Of a stretch of DNA of 64,000 nucleotides, positions 28,223 to 37,781 are shown piece after piece. Position numbers and translations under genes: made by a program. Positions within the stretch are counted from its first letter, which is position 1, and each line of letters starts with the position of its first letter. Below the pieces are notes generated by a model that saw only the letters and a program-made list of their open reading frames with translations, was not told the DNA's origin and did not search any database. The DNA is taken from sequence record SRR31156797_1106. One strand, written 5' to 3'.

Positions 28223-28759
28223 ATGAACAGGTCCGGAGGGCAGGCCAGTAGTTTGGTTCTGCTTGGTAAGGTTGTTAAAGCGCATGGTATCCGTGGTGAA
28301 GTGAAGATTTATCCCTTCACTGAAACTGCTGAAAACCTGAGCGGCTATAAGAAATTTTACCTTTTAGCTGATGGTTCTGACACCCACACTGCATATGCCG
28401 TAAAGAAAGTGCGTTCCCAAGGGGGGACAGCTATTGCTGCGTTGGAAGAGTGTGTTAACCGCAATCAAGCCGAGATGTTGGTTGGACATGGGGTGTGGGT
28501 TGATTCCGAGGATTTGCCGGAACTTGATGATGGCGAATTCTACCTGCACTCTCTGCAAGGGAAACAAGCCGTAACTGTTGATGGGCAGAATCTTGGGAAA
28601 ATTGTTTCTGTTATAACAGGGAGCGGTCAGGATTTGCTTAGCATTCACGGTGGTGGCAAGGAGTATCTTATACCCCTTGTTTCTGATTTTATTGTTGAGA
28701 ATAGCGACGATAAAATCGTCTTCACTTTACCGCCAGGACTGCTGGATATCAACGGTTAG
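28223..28759 (+). CDS. rimM: ribosome maturation factor RimM
   Basis: HGIRGEVK, EFY..L.G, LIP, PPGLL. Confidence 0.95.
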   Translation: MNRSGGQASSLVLLGKVVKAHGIRGEVKIYPFTETAENLSGYKKFYLLADGSDTHTAYAVKKVRSQGGTAIAALEECVNRNQAEMLVGHGVWVDSEDLPELDDGEFYLHSLQGKQAVTVDGQNLGKIVSVITGSGQDLLSIHGGGKEYLIPLVSDFIVENSDDKIVFTLPPGLLDING

Positions 28760-28770
28760 GCCGGCAGTCT

Positions 28771-29529
28771 ATGGTTTTTGATATAGTAACCATCTTTCCT
28801 GATTTTTTTGAGTCTCCTTTGGAGGAAGGTATTCTCCGAAGAGCATTAAGTGCAGGAAAGATAGATGTAAATATACATAATATACGGGATTATGCCTTGG
28901 ATCGGCATAAAATGACCGATGATCGGCCATTTGGTGGTGGCGAAGGTATGGTGATGAAACCTGAACCGCTTGCAGCCTGTGTAGACGCTATAGTCAGTGA
29001 GGGGGTGCAGTCTAAGATTGTTGCTCTGTCACCGAGAGGGAAACAGTACACTCAGAAAGTTGCAGAACAATTTGCTGCCGAATCGCGGTTAGTTTTGGTA
29101 TGCGGTCGTTACGAAGGGATAGACCAGCGGTTCACTGACAAGTATGTCGATGAAGAAATTTCCATTGGGGATTATGTTCTGACAGGTGGAGAACTCGCAG
29201 CAATGGTTATGGTCGATTCGATTACCAGGTTATTGCCAGGAGTTTTGGGGTGTAGTGATTCTGCTGCTAACGATACTTTTAGTAGGGGATTGCTGAAACA
29301 TTCCCAATATACCAGGCCGAGGGAATTTGAGGGACAAACGGTTCCTGAGCCCCTGTTGACTGGAAATCATGCTGTCATTGAGAAATTTAGATTGAGTGAA
29401 TCTGTCAGGCTTACGTTGAAGAATCGTCCAGACTTGCTTGTTGATGTGCAATTTTCCGCAGAGGAAAGAAAGGTACTCAAGCAGGAGGGATTGCTCGATG
29501 CTATTCAGGATATACACCCAATATCATGA
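28771..29529 (+). CDS. trmD: tRNA (guanine-N1)-methyltransferase
   Basis: DDRPFGGG.GM, CGRYEGID, SIGDYVLTGGE. Confidence 0.97.
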   Translation: MVFDIVTIFPDFFESPLEEGILRRALSAGKIDVNIHNIRDYALDRHKMTDDRPFGGGEGMVMKPEPLAACVDAIVSEGVQSKIVALSPRGKQYTQKVAEQFAAESRLVLVCGRYEGIDQRFTDKYVDEEISIGDYVLTGGELAAMVMVDSITRLLPGVLGCSDSAANDTFSRGLLKHSQYTRPREFEGQTVPEPLLTGNHAVIEKFRLSESVRLTLKNRPDLLVDVQFSAEERKVLKQEGLLDAIQDIHPIS

Positions 29530-30110
29530 ATGACTCTGAACACGTTCAAATCGAAGTTGTCCTTGTCCACGCCCCCGTGGTCAATAAAAAAGGAGAGACG
29601 ATTGGATCTGCTGTTACCAATCTAGATTTACACGATATTGCACGTGCAGGTAAAACGTTCGGGGTAGAGACCTTCTGGGTGGTTACACCTTATGAGGAAC
29701 AGCAAAATTTAGTTGATCAAATTACCTCGCATTGGACAGCAGGGCAGGGTGGTAAAGTAGCCAGTGATCGAGCTGAGGCATTATCAATTATCAAGGTTAG
29801 CCCAGATTTGGAATCGGTAATAGCCGATTCTACCATAAAAAATGGACGTAAACCCTTTATCCTTACAACATGTGCCAAGTCCTTAACCAACGAATTGGAT
29901 TACGAGTGTGTAAGAGATAAAATTTTTGATGGTGAACCTGTAATGCTGCTTTTTGGAACAGCATGGGGATTGGCGCCTAGTGTCATGGAGATTGCTGACG
30001 CAACCTTACCCCCTATTAGAGGTGGAAGTAGTTTTAACCATTTATCCGTGAGGTCGGCAGTCTCGATTATTCTAGACCGATTGCTGAGTATGGATAGGTA
30101 TCAGAAGTAA
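29526..30110 (+). CDS. SPOUT-class RNA methyltransferase (trmD-associated)
   Basis: VTNLDLHDIAR, FGTAWGL, NHLSVRSA...DRL. Confidence 0.85.
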   Translation: MNDSEHVQIEVVLVHAPVVNKKGETIGSAVTNLDLHDIARAGKTFGVETFWVVTPYEEQQNLVDQITSHWTAGQGGKVASDRAEALSIIKVSPDLESVIADSTIKNGRKPFILTTCAKSLTNELDYECVRDKIFDGEPVMLLFGTAWGLAPSVMEIADATLPPIRGGSSFNHLSVRSAVSIILDRLLSMDRYQK

Positions 30111-30245
30111 CTTTTGGATTGATAGAAACTGAAAGCACCATACAAAAAAGTATGTTGCGTATTTACAGTGTTATAAAGGATGATTTGGAGGCATCCCTCG
30201 GGTCCGAATGCACCGCTGGCTGCAAGAGCTACCCGTAAAGAGTAA

Positions 30246-30602
30246 ATGATGGCAATGAATATATTAGACAAAATTGATTTGGAACAGATGCGATTTGATA
30301 TCCCGGATTTCCGAGCAGGTGATACGGTGAAAGTTCATATTCGAATCGTTGAAGGGAATAAGGAACGTGTGCAGGTTTTCCAGGGGGTTGTGCTAAAGCG
30401 CAAGCGTGGTAAAATGAATGCTAGTTTCACTGTGCGTAAAATCTCTCACGGTGTTGGTGTTGAAAAAACATTTGCGCTTCATTCTCCTCGAATTGAGAAA
30501 ATTGAGGTCGTAACACTTGGACGTGTTCGTCGTTCTCGGCTTTATTATCTTCGCGCTCGCCGTGGAAAAGCTGCTCGTATTCGTGAAAGAGGTATTATCT
30601 AG
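30246..30602 (+). CDS. rplS: 50S ribosomal protein L19
   Basis: [28 protein letters not shown]; start 30246-30255. Confidence 0.97.
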   Translation: MMAMNILDKIDLEQMRFDIPDFRAGDTVKVHIRIVEGNKERVQVFQGVVLKRKRGKMNASFTVRKISHGVGVEKTFALHSPRIEKIEVVTLGRVRRSRLYYLRARRGKAARIRERGII

Positions 30603-30806
30603 AGAAGTGTCCCTTGGCATTGCCTGTATGGTCTTTTCTTTTCCCGCTTTCCTGCGGAAAGATCGTCGAATTGGAACGCCTCTTGTCATATCCTGTTGTG
30701 GCTGGCAGTTTGCATACCGTGCGTACACTCTCCCTACAGTGTACGTAAAGGTCTGCGATTGTCAGCCTGATAGTTCCCTTTAAAAGTGAGTCATATGGAG
30801 TGGAAA

Positions 30807-31514
30807 ATGGCATCCCCGTCACTTTCTTCTCTTTGTTCCCCCCACGATAATGATCCGTGGCATCATGAAAAAACCCTCCATGCACAGGGCTTTGCAGCAA
30901 TAGGAGGGGTTGATGAGGCTGGCAGAGGTCCTCTCGCCGGCCCTGTTATTGCTTCCTGCGTTGTCTTACCTTCCAATAGACCAAGTGCCTTTTATAAAGA
31001 TTCTAAAGCGCTCTCTTCAAAAAAACGAGAAGAGCTTCTTCTTTCCCTGCAGGCAACCGATGCTGTTATCGGTATTGGACAAGTTTCTGCTAGAGAAATA
31101 GAAACTTTTAATATCCATCAAGCCTCCCTTGTTGCTATGCAGCGCGCGGTAGACGATTGCCAGAAAAAGCTGAAGTACAGGGAAATCGATTTTTTACTCG
31201 TAGATGGCAAATTCCAAGTTCCCTTAAGCTTGCCGCAGTTGCCTCTTGTAAAAGGTGAATCTAAAAGTTTTTCTATTGCAGCTGCATCTATTGTAGCCAA
31301 GGTAACCCGTGATAAATTAATGGCAGACTATCATCAAATTTATCCTGAGTATAATTTTTTAAAAAATCAGGGGTATCCAACCAAGCAACATAGGCTTGCT
31401 CTTAAAGAACACGGCCCCTGTCCAATCCACCGACGCACATTTAAAGGTGTCCGCGACTATAGGCAGGAGGATGGGAAATCAAGTCTAACTGAGCAGCGTA
31501 AGATGTGGGAGTAG
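30807..31514 (+). CDS. rnhB: ribonuclease HII
   Basis: GVDEAGRGPLAGPV, DSK, AASIVAKV.RD, HRRTF. Confidence 0.96.
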   Translation: MASPSLSSLCSPHDNDPWHHEKTLHAQGFAAIGGVDEAGRGPLAGPVIASCVVLPSNRPSAFYKDSKALSSKKREELLLSLQATDAVIGIGQVSAREIETFNIHQASLVAMQRAVDDCQKKLKYREIDFLLVDGKFQVPLSLPQLPLVKGESKSFSIAAASIVAKVTRDKLMADYHQIYPEYNFLKNQGYPTKQHRLALKEHGPCPIHRRTFKGVRDYRQEDGKSSLTEQRKMWE

Positions 31515-31692
31515 ATGAACCGCCTTTCTTTTTATAGGTTGGCCCTTTTCAGGATTGAGGACTAAGGGTGCATTAATTTTTACCAGGAGCTTTCGATCAT
31601 TTTCTCTGCTCGAAATAATACCTTTTTTCGTTTATGCTGAGTATGTGTCTGTACTATGAAAGCTACAAACCTTAGCTGAGGCGAAGACGAAC

Positions 31693-32055
31693 ATGCAGTT
31701 AAAACAAGATATTGACGATAGACGAAACGGATCACGCCTGACGTACCGGGTACATGTGACGGTAACCTTACTTTCTGATGGAACAACATTTCAGGGGTGG
31801 TCAAACAATGTCAGTGTTTCTGGCCTAGCTCTTGACGCCGCGATTCCCGCAAAATACCAAGATCAAGATTGTCTTGTCCATATTGTCTTTCCAGGTGAAT
31901 CCAGCAAGTTGATCATCGATGACGTACAGGGGCAGGTTGTGAGGTGCTCCACTCCTTCTTCTGGTATTTCCTTCTCACATTCTTTGGAATGGTTTGTCCT
32001 CTTTCCTGTATATCAGGGAAAGATGGCTCGTATGGCAGAGATTGCACCAGAATAA
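31693..32055 (+). CDS. PilZ-domain protein
   Basis: RxxxR (RNGSR) and NxSxxG (NVSVSG) motifs. Confidence 0.8.
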   Translation: MQLKQDIDDRRNGSRLTYRVHVTVTLLSDGTTFQGWSNNVSVSGLALDAAIPAKYQDQDCLVHIVFPGESSKLIIDDVQGQVVRCSTPSSGISFSHSLEWFVLFPVYQGKMARMAEIAPE

Positions 32056-32068
32056 TTTCCATTTGACC

Positions 32069-32455
32069 ATGTTGCAGAGACCGAAAGCAAAAAATATTGA
32101 GGTGGGTAAACGTGGAGAAGATATAGCTGCGGATTACTTGATACATAGAGGATATTCCATTTTAACCAGGAATTATCGACGACGTTTTGGCGAATTAGAT
32201 ATTGTCGCCCGCCACGGGACCACCATTGTTTTCGTAGAGGTGAAAACGAGGAAAACGAATGCTTTTGGCACAGGCTTAGAAGCTGTGGATGCGAGGAAGC
32301 AACGCCAGCTTACCAGAATAGCCCAGGATTACCTGAGTCGATATAAATTATTCGATGCCAATGCTAGATTTGATGTCGTTGCTGTCCAGCTATCAGTTGA
32401 CGGCACGAGCAAGGTAGAAATTATAACCAATGCTTTTGAAAGTGCGCCAATATGA
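32069..32455 (+). CDS. yraN: YraN-family protein
   Basis: G..GE..A..YL, RNYR...GELDIVA, FVEVKTR, RFDV. Confidence 0.92.
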   Translation: MLQRPKAKNIEVGKRGEDIAADYLIHRGYSILTRNYRRRFGELDIVARHGTTIVFVEVKTRKTNAFGTGLEAVDARKQRQLTRIAQDYLSRYKLFDANARFDVVAVQLSVDGTSKVEIITNAFESAPI

Positions 32456-33483
32456 CAAACCATCTAAACTCAACTCAACCGCCTAATACATCTCTTGTTC
32501 TTACAATGGGGTGTCCTGTTGGTATCGGGCCTGAAATTATAATTCGCTATTTCAGTGATCCTGATTGCTTGTACCATGGGCATATGGTGGTAGTCGGCGA
32601 CCTTGAAATTTTGCGTGGTGTGAATCTGGCTTTAGGAGGTCAACTACCAGTTGTACCTTGGTCTCCCGGAGATACGATACAGCCAGGTACGGTTCCTGTT
32701 TACCCGGTATCAAACTTAACCTATGATAAAGGGCGTTGGGGAAAACCTGATATCGAAACAGGGAAGGCAATGGGAAAGTACATAGAGCGGGGGGTACAGC
32801 TCGTGGAAGAAAACCACGCTGCCGCTCTAGTAACCTGTCCTATCAATAAGTATAGTTTTCGCCTTGCAGGTTATCCTTTTCCAGGGCACACTGAGATGCT
32901 TGCCAGTTTGACTGGAAGCAAAGAGTACAGGATGATGATGGCCGGGGATAAATTACGGGTGGTTTTAGTTACCATCCATGAGGCCTTGGAAAAGGTCCCT
33001 ACCCTGTTGAATCAAGACTCCATAGCCGACTGTATAACCATGACGATAACCTCATTAAGGCGAGATTTTGGTATGCATAATCCCAGGGTCGCTATTGCCG
33101 CCCTCAATCCGCATGGTGGTGAAGGTACAATGTTTGGTTATCAGGAGGAGCGGGTAATTTCTCCTGCAATTAAAGCCTGTCAGCACCTTGGGGACATTTC
33201 TGGTCCCTGGCCGCCTGATACTGTTTTTTATCAGGCGGCATCTGGTCAGTATGATGCTGTGGTTGCTATGTATCACGATCAAGGCTTGATTCCTTTTAAA
33301 CTGCTTCATTTTGAAAACGGGGTAAATGTCACTCTCGGGCTACCTTTGGTCCGGACATCTGTTGACCATGGGACAGCCTATGATATTGCCGGTCGTTGGC
33401 AGGCTGACGAGCAAAGTCTTAGCGCAGCAGTTTCTTTGGCAGCTGACATAGTCTCTAATCGGAAAAAGGCTCTGGAAAGATGA
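32452..33483 (+). CDS. pdxA: 4-hydroxythreonine-4-phosphate dehydrogenase
   Basis: GIGPE, GHTE, LNPH.GE, AMYHDQG, RTSVDHGTA. Confidence 0.95.
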   Translation: MTNHLNSTQPPNTSLVLTMGCPVGIGPEIIIRYFSDPDCLYHGHMVVVGDLEILRGVNLALGGQLPVVPWSPGDTIQPGTVPVYPVSNLTYDKGRWGKPDIETGKAMGKYIERGVQLVEENHAAALVTCPINKYSFRLAGYPFPGHTEMLASLTGSKEYRMMMAGDKLRVVLVTIHEALEKVPTLLNQDSIADCITMTITSLRRDFGMHNPRVAIAALNPHGGEGTMFGYQEERVISPAIKACQHLGDISGPWPPDTVFYQAASGQYDAVVAMYHDQGLIPFKLLHFENGVNVTLGLPLVRTSVDHGTAYDIAGRWQADEQSLSAAVSLAADIVSNRKKALER

Positions 33484-34091
33484 AAAAAGGTATGTTGATC
33501 GCATTTGAAGGTATAGACGGTACCGGAAAAACTTCCCAATTAAAGGACCTTGCAAGCTATATTCGTCATCAGGGAACGGAAGTCGTCGAAACCCGAGAGC
33601 CGACAGATGGTCCTTATGGACAGAAAATCAGGGCATTATATACTCAGCGTCATACTGTGACGCTGGAAGAGGAGCTTGATCTGTTCATCGCTGACCGACG
33701 TCAGCACGTTGCAGAGTGCATCCAGCCCGCATTGGAAAAGGGGAGCGTGGTGTTAACTGATCGCTACTATTATTCCACCGCAGCCTATCAAGGTGCTTTG
33801 GGAGCTGATCCCCAGTATATTCTTAAGCGTAATCAATTTGCGCCAAGACCAGATCTCGTCATTTTGTTAACCATGAGTGTTGATGTAAGTATTCGGCGAA
33901 TTCAGGAACAGCGAAATGAGCAGCTCAATGATTTTGAACAGGCAGCACAGTTGGAGCAGGTGGCCGCCCTGTTTGCTTCTTTTGATGATCCATCTATAGT
34001 GAGAATAGAAGCAGGGGGATCGTTTGCAGAAGTACAGCAAATGATCAGAAACACAGTTGACCGGGTGCGCGCTCAAAGACAAAAATCGTGA
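33480..34091 (+). CDS. tmk: thymidylate kinase
   Basis: FEGIDGTGKT, TREP, DRY..S..AYQG. Confidence 0.95.
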   Translation: MKKGMLIAFEGIDGTGKTSQLKDLASYIRHQGTEVVETREPTDGPYGQKIRALYTQRHTVTLEEELDLFIADRRQHVAECIQPALEKGSVVLTDRYYYSTAAYQGALGADPQYILKRNQFAPRPDLVILLTMSVDVSIRRIQEQRNEQLNDFEQAAQLEQVAALFASFDDPSIVRIEAGGSFAEVQQMIRNTVDRVRAQRQKS

Positions 34092-35842
34092 GCAGGCTGG
34101 ATATGGGTGTCCATCGAAATTGTATTCTCATTTTTTGGGTAATCGTTTTACTGATAAATACAGGATGCTCCACACCCAATACTTCCGGAACAGTTGCAAG
34201 AGAAGCAGTTGCGCCGCAGATAGAAGAGGAAATTGATCCCAATTGTTCTTACTTTTATTTTCTATGGGCAAGGTATGCGGAACTGCATCTGCAGTTTGAT
34301 GAGGCCCTTGCATCCTATCAAAAAGCATTGATCTGTGACCCTGCGGACCCTTTTATTCAACACAAAATTCCTGTTTTACTGCTGCGCATGGAACGGGAAC
34401 GAGAAGCAGTCGCCTGGCTGAAAACTTACCTTTCTTCTGCGCCTGATGACGTGGCAATGCGAGAGTTGCTGGCAAAGGCCTATTTACTTCAAAATGATAT
34501 AGATCAGGCGGTCTTGCAATACCAATATCTCATCCAACGCGTTCCTGACGATCCAACTCCCCGGTTCCTTTTGGCTGAACTTCTGTATTCCCAAAAAGAA
34601 TATGAAAGTGCACGGAATGTGCTTTTACCTGTGTTAACCATGGAAAATGGTGCATCCCGTGGGAACCTGTTACTTGCTCGGATCTTTCAGCGTCAACAGG
34701 ATCATACAAAAGCAATATACCACTATCAACAGGCTCTGCTTGATCAGTGGACAGCAGATATTGCATTGGAGATCGGTAAGCTCTACCTGGAAGATAAAAA
34801 ATATGTAAAAGCCATAGAGGCATACACGCAGATTCTTGATCGTGACGAGTTTAGCGAAGAAGCTCGAATTGCGCTATTTCATATTTATCAGTTGTTGGAT
34901 CAGCAGGAAAAGGCGGTGCAAACCCTTGAAGGGTTGCGTCGTGTCGCTGACCAGCCCTGGCGAATTGACCTGACCCTTGCCAGATTGTATATAAAGCAAA
35001 AGAAGTATACAGAGGCCTCTTCCCTGTTGGAGGAGGTTGTGGCAATAGAATCATTGCCTGAGGCTAGGTACCTGCTTGGTCAGTTATATGTACGGGAGGG
35101 GCTATATGATGATGCTTTGTACCAGTTACATAAGATAGACGCACAGGGAGACTATTTTAGTGATGCCCTTTTTTTGACAATTCATATTTACCAAACACAG
35201 GGACGAGTTGACGAGGCAGTGGTGTTGGTAGAGACTATGGTCGAACAGGAGGATGTTAGATCTGCTGAATTGTTTGCTGTACTTGCTGCGCTATATGAAA
35301 TCAAGGGCAAGCAGGAGAAGGTAGCCGAAACCTATCTAAAAGGCATAAAGGCTTTTCCAGAGAGCGACATGCTCTTGTATGAATATGGTATTTTTCATGA
35401 AAATAACGGGAATCGTGCAGCAGCTTTACAGGCTATGCAGGAGGTTATCATCATCAACCCTGGTAATGCGGCAGCCTTGAATTATATTGGCTATAGTTGG
35501 GCCGATGAGGGCCGCAATTTGGAGCAGGCCTTAGAGTATATTCGTAAGGCTGTTCAACTGAAACCTGATAATGGCTATATCCGTGACAGTCTTGGCTGGG
35601 TGTATTTTCGGATGGGTAATCTGGGACTTTCCATTAAGGCATTGAAAGAGGCAGTCGAACTCTCTCCGGATGATCCTGCTATCTATGACCATCTGGGCGA
35701 TGCATATGCTGGCCAAGGGCAGCATGGTAAGGCAATTGATGCTTACAAGAAGGCTTGGGAACTCTTTGCTGATGATCCTTCACAACGAGAAAAAGTGCAG
35801 GAGAAAATTAACCGAAGTAAAAAATATAGGGAGAACCTTTGA
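34088..35842 (+). CDS. tetratricopeptide-repeat lipoprotein
   Basis: Signal peptide with NTGC; many TPRs incl. ALNYIGYSWA, DSLGWVYF, DHLGDAY. Confidence 0.88.
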   Translation: MSRLDMGVHRNCILIFWVIVLLINTGCSTPNTSGTVAREAVAPQIEEEIDPNCSYFYFLWARYAELHLQFDEALASYQKALICDPADPFIQHKIPVLLLRMEREREAVAWLKTYLSSAPDDVAMRELLAKAYLLQNDIDQAVLQYQYLIQRVPDDPTPRFLLAELLYSQKEYESARNVLLPVLTMENGASRGNLLLARIFQRQQDHTKAIYHYQQALLDQWTADIALEIGKLYLEDKKYVKAIEAYTQILDRDEFSEEARIALFHIYQLLDQQEKAVQTLEGLRRVADQPWRIDLTLARLYIKQKKYTEASSLLEEVVAIESLPEARYLLGQLYVREGLYDDALYQLHKIDAQGDYFSDALFLTIHIYQTQGRVDEAVVLVETMVEQEDVRSAELFAVLAALYEIKGKQEKVAETYLKGIKAFPESDMLLYEYGIFHENNGNRAAALQAMQEVIIINPGNAAALNYIGYSWADEGRNLEQALEYIRKAVQLKPDNGYIRDSLGWVYFRMGNLGLSIKALKEAVELSPDDPAIYDHLGDAYAGQGQHGKAIDAYKKAWELFADDPSQREKVQEKINRSKKYRENL

Positions 35843-36660
35843 AGCTGTTGTGGTTGAAAAAAGGGGGTTGCTTACTGATGATGGCGGTATGCTCCTTTTG
35901 TCTCTGGGGGTGTAGTGCAAAGGTGGCCCCATTGCAGCCATTACTTGACGATCAGGAGATTGCGGCAGAAAGGGTATTGCATCGGTTTTTTGAACAACCG
36001 CAGCCAGAGGCAGTGGATGCAGACGTACACCTGCGTTGGGACATCTTTGGTAGCAAAGGCAGCCTTGATGGGGTGCTGCAGCTCCAAAGACCAGCATCAC
36101 TTCGCTTGACCGTTTTGGATCCTCTTGGGCGTACGTTGTTGATCATTGTTGCTGATGGTAAAGCCTTTAACATGATAGACAGTCGAACGGGCAGGGCATT
36201 TCAAGGTGAGGTAGCGTCAAAGACCTGGCATAGATATGTTCCAGTCGAAATAGACCCAGAGGACCTTTTCTATCTGCTTGGCGGGTTTGTTTCCGAGTCA
36301 GAAAAGCGTTTCTTTACAGGAAGCGGCAGGACTGAAAATAACGATGATTTTTGGTATGCTTTTAGTGATACTTCAAGGGAGCTCGAGCAGCGCTTGCTGC
36401 TTGATAGAAGCGGTGGGTACCTCAAACGGCGTCTCCTAATCGACAGCGCACGAAGACCGGCAATTGATATTTTATATAGCGATTACTTGTCGGCGACCTC
36501 TGGAGCAGGGCAGTGGCCGGGAAAAGTTGCCATTACCGGAGAGTCAATCAGGGGGGATTTTTGGTTGGAGGTGCAACAGCTGGTGTCTGTGTCACCCCTC
36601 CCACCAGGATCCTTTGAGTTGTCCATTCCCAGGCATTTTACTGTGGAAAAATTGCCTTAA
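35839..36660 (+). CDS. LolB/LolA-fold lipoprotein (putative)
   Basis: Lipobox LWGC; RP..LRL.VLDPLG motif; directly after the TPR gene. Confidence 0.6.
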   Translation: MKLLWLKKGGCLLMMAVCSFCLWGCSAKVAPLQPLLDDQEIAAERVLHRFFEQPQPEAVDADVHLRWDIFGSKGSLDGVLQLQRPASLRLTVLDPLGRTLLIIVADGKAFNMIDSRTGRAFQGEVASKTWHRYVPVEIDPEDLFYLLGGFVSESEKRFFTGSGRTENNDDFWYAFSDTSRELEQRLLLDRSGGYLKRRLLIDSARRPAIDILYSDYLSATSGAGQWPGKVAITGESIRGDFWLEVQQLVSVSPLPPGSFELSIPRHFTVEKLP

Positions 36661-36670
36661 ACAAGAACCA

Positions 36671-37663
36671 TTAATTTTTTTGGGGCGCGGAGGCGATGGC
36701 ATTAACTATTATCACAAAGAGATTGTCTTCTCTGAAAAATACTTGCTGTAGATCATAATTGTTGTTGGGTTCGAGATCCAGAACAACCCTGATCTTTTCA
36801 GGATTCTTATGTTTGCCTACCCTGATTGATTTTACATATTTGCCATTAGCTTTTTTTATACTTTTTATGCTTTCGGCCATTTGCGTGTTTTGAAAATCGC
36901 ATACTGCCCTGGGGAGCCCCTCTTCCACACCTTGGACAACCGGTGGGTAAAAACCATTGAGTTTGAAGAGTACCATCTCTCCTTTGTCGGAAGACTTGTC
37001 AAAGGAAATTTCCCTCAATAAGGGTGTATTTGCAGGTTGAGTCGAATCTGGGGTGCTGTTTTGTTTTTGCGGGCCGGCAATTTTTTCTGGGGAGGATGTG
37101 CTTGGGGAAACCGCCTTCTGTTGCAGCGTGTTTTGCGCGGGAACAGTTGCCGGTCCTTGGGCGGAAAGAGGCATTTCAGCTTGTAGGTGCTGTTTGTGCT
37201 CTGGAGTTAAGGCGAAATCAGTCTGCTTCGTTTTGGGAGGAGAAAACTCCAAAGTGGACAGTTCGGCAGTCAATGTTAAGGCCTTGTCATCAAATGTTTG
37301 ATTAATAAATATTTCTTTTGTGGTTGATAAATCGAGGACCACACGGGTTTTTACAGGGGGGCCCTTGTGCAGGCCCACGCGAATTTGTTTGATAATGGGG
37401 CCGTTAGTCTGCAGAACATTTTTGATGTTTTCGGTGAATTGAACACCGTGGAAATCAAATACCACTCGAGGTTTTTCACCTTTTAAAGTGAATACTTTTG
37501 GACTATAGGAACCGTTGAGTTTGAAGGTGACTTGATCCGCACTCGTAGAGAGGTCCAAATAATCAATACTGTTGAGCAGTTGTTTTTGGTCGGCAGCAGG
37601 TGACCAGGATGCTGTAAAGAGCACACAACAAGAAAACGCGATAAAGAAATGTATTTTTTTCAT
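36671..37663 (-). CDS. exported protein with two AMIN domains
   Basis: Signal peptide; two PR.V.DF...IRVG.H...RVVLDL repeats joined by a Pro/Ser/Gln linker. Confidence 0.85.
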   Translation of the reverse strand: MKKIHFFIAFSCCVLFTASWSPAADQKQLLNSIDYLDLSTSADQVTFKLNGSYSPKVFTLKGEKPRVVFDFHGVQFTENIKNVLQTNGPIIKQIRVGLHKGPPVKTRVVLDLSTTKEIFINQTFDDKALTLTAELSTLEFSPPKTKQTDFALTPEHKQHLQAEMPLSAQGPATVPAQNTLQQKAVSPSTSSPEKIAGPQKQNSTPDSTQPANTPLLREISFDKSSDKGEMVLFKLNGFYPPVVQGVEEGLPRAVCDFQNTQMAESIKSIKKANGKYVKSIRVGKHKNPEKIRVVLDLEPNNNYDLQQVFFREDNLFVIIVNAIASAPQKN

Positions 37664-37719
37664 GGTGATTGCGTGATTACGCCATACTGTAATGCATATT
37701 AATTAAGTGGTATTAAACC

Positions 37720-37761
37720 ATTCTCATACCCTTTGCCTCCAGAGGTAAAGGGTATGAGAAT
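37720..37761. repeat. 42-bp near-perfect palindrome
   Basis: attctcataccctttgcctc-ca-gaggtaaagggtatgagaat; 20-bp arms, one G-T. Confidence 0.9.
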
Positions 37762-37781
37762 TACAGCCTAAATTATCTATA

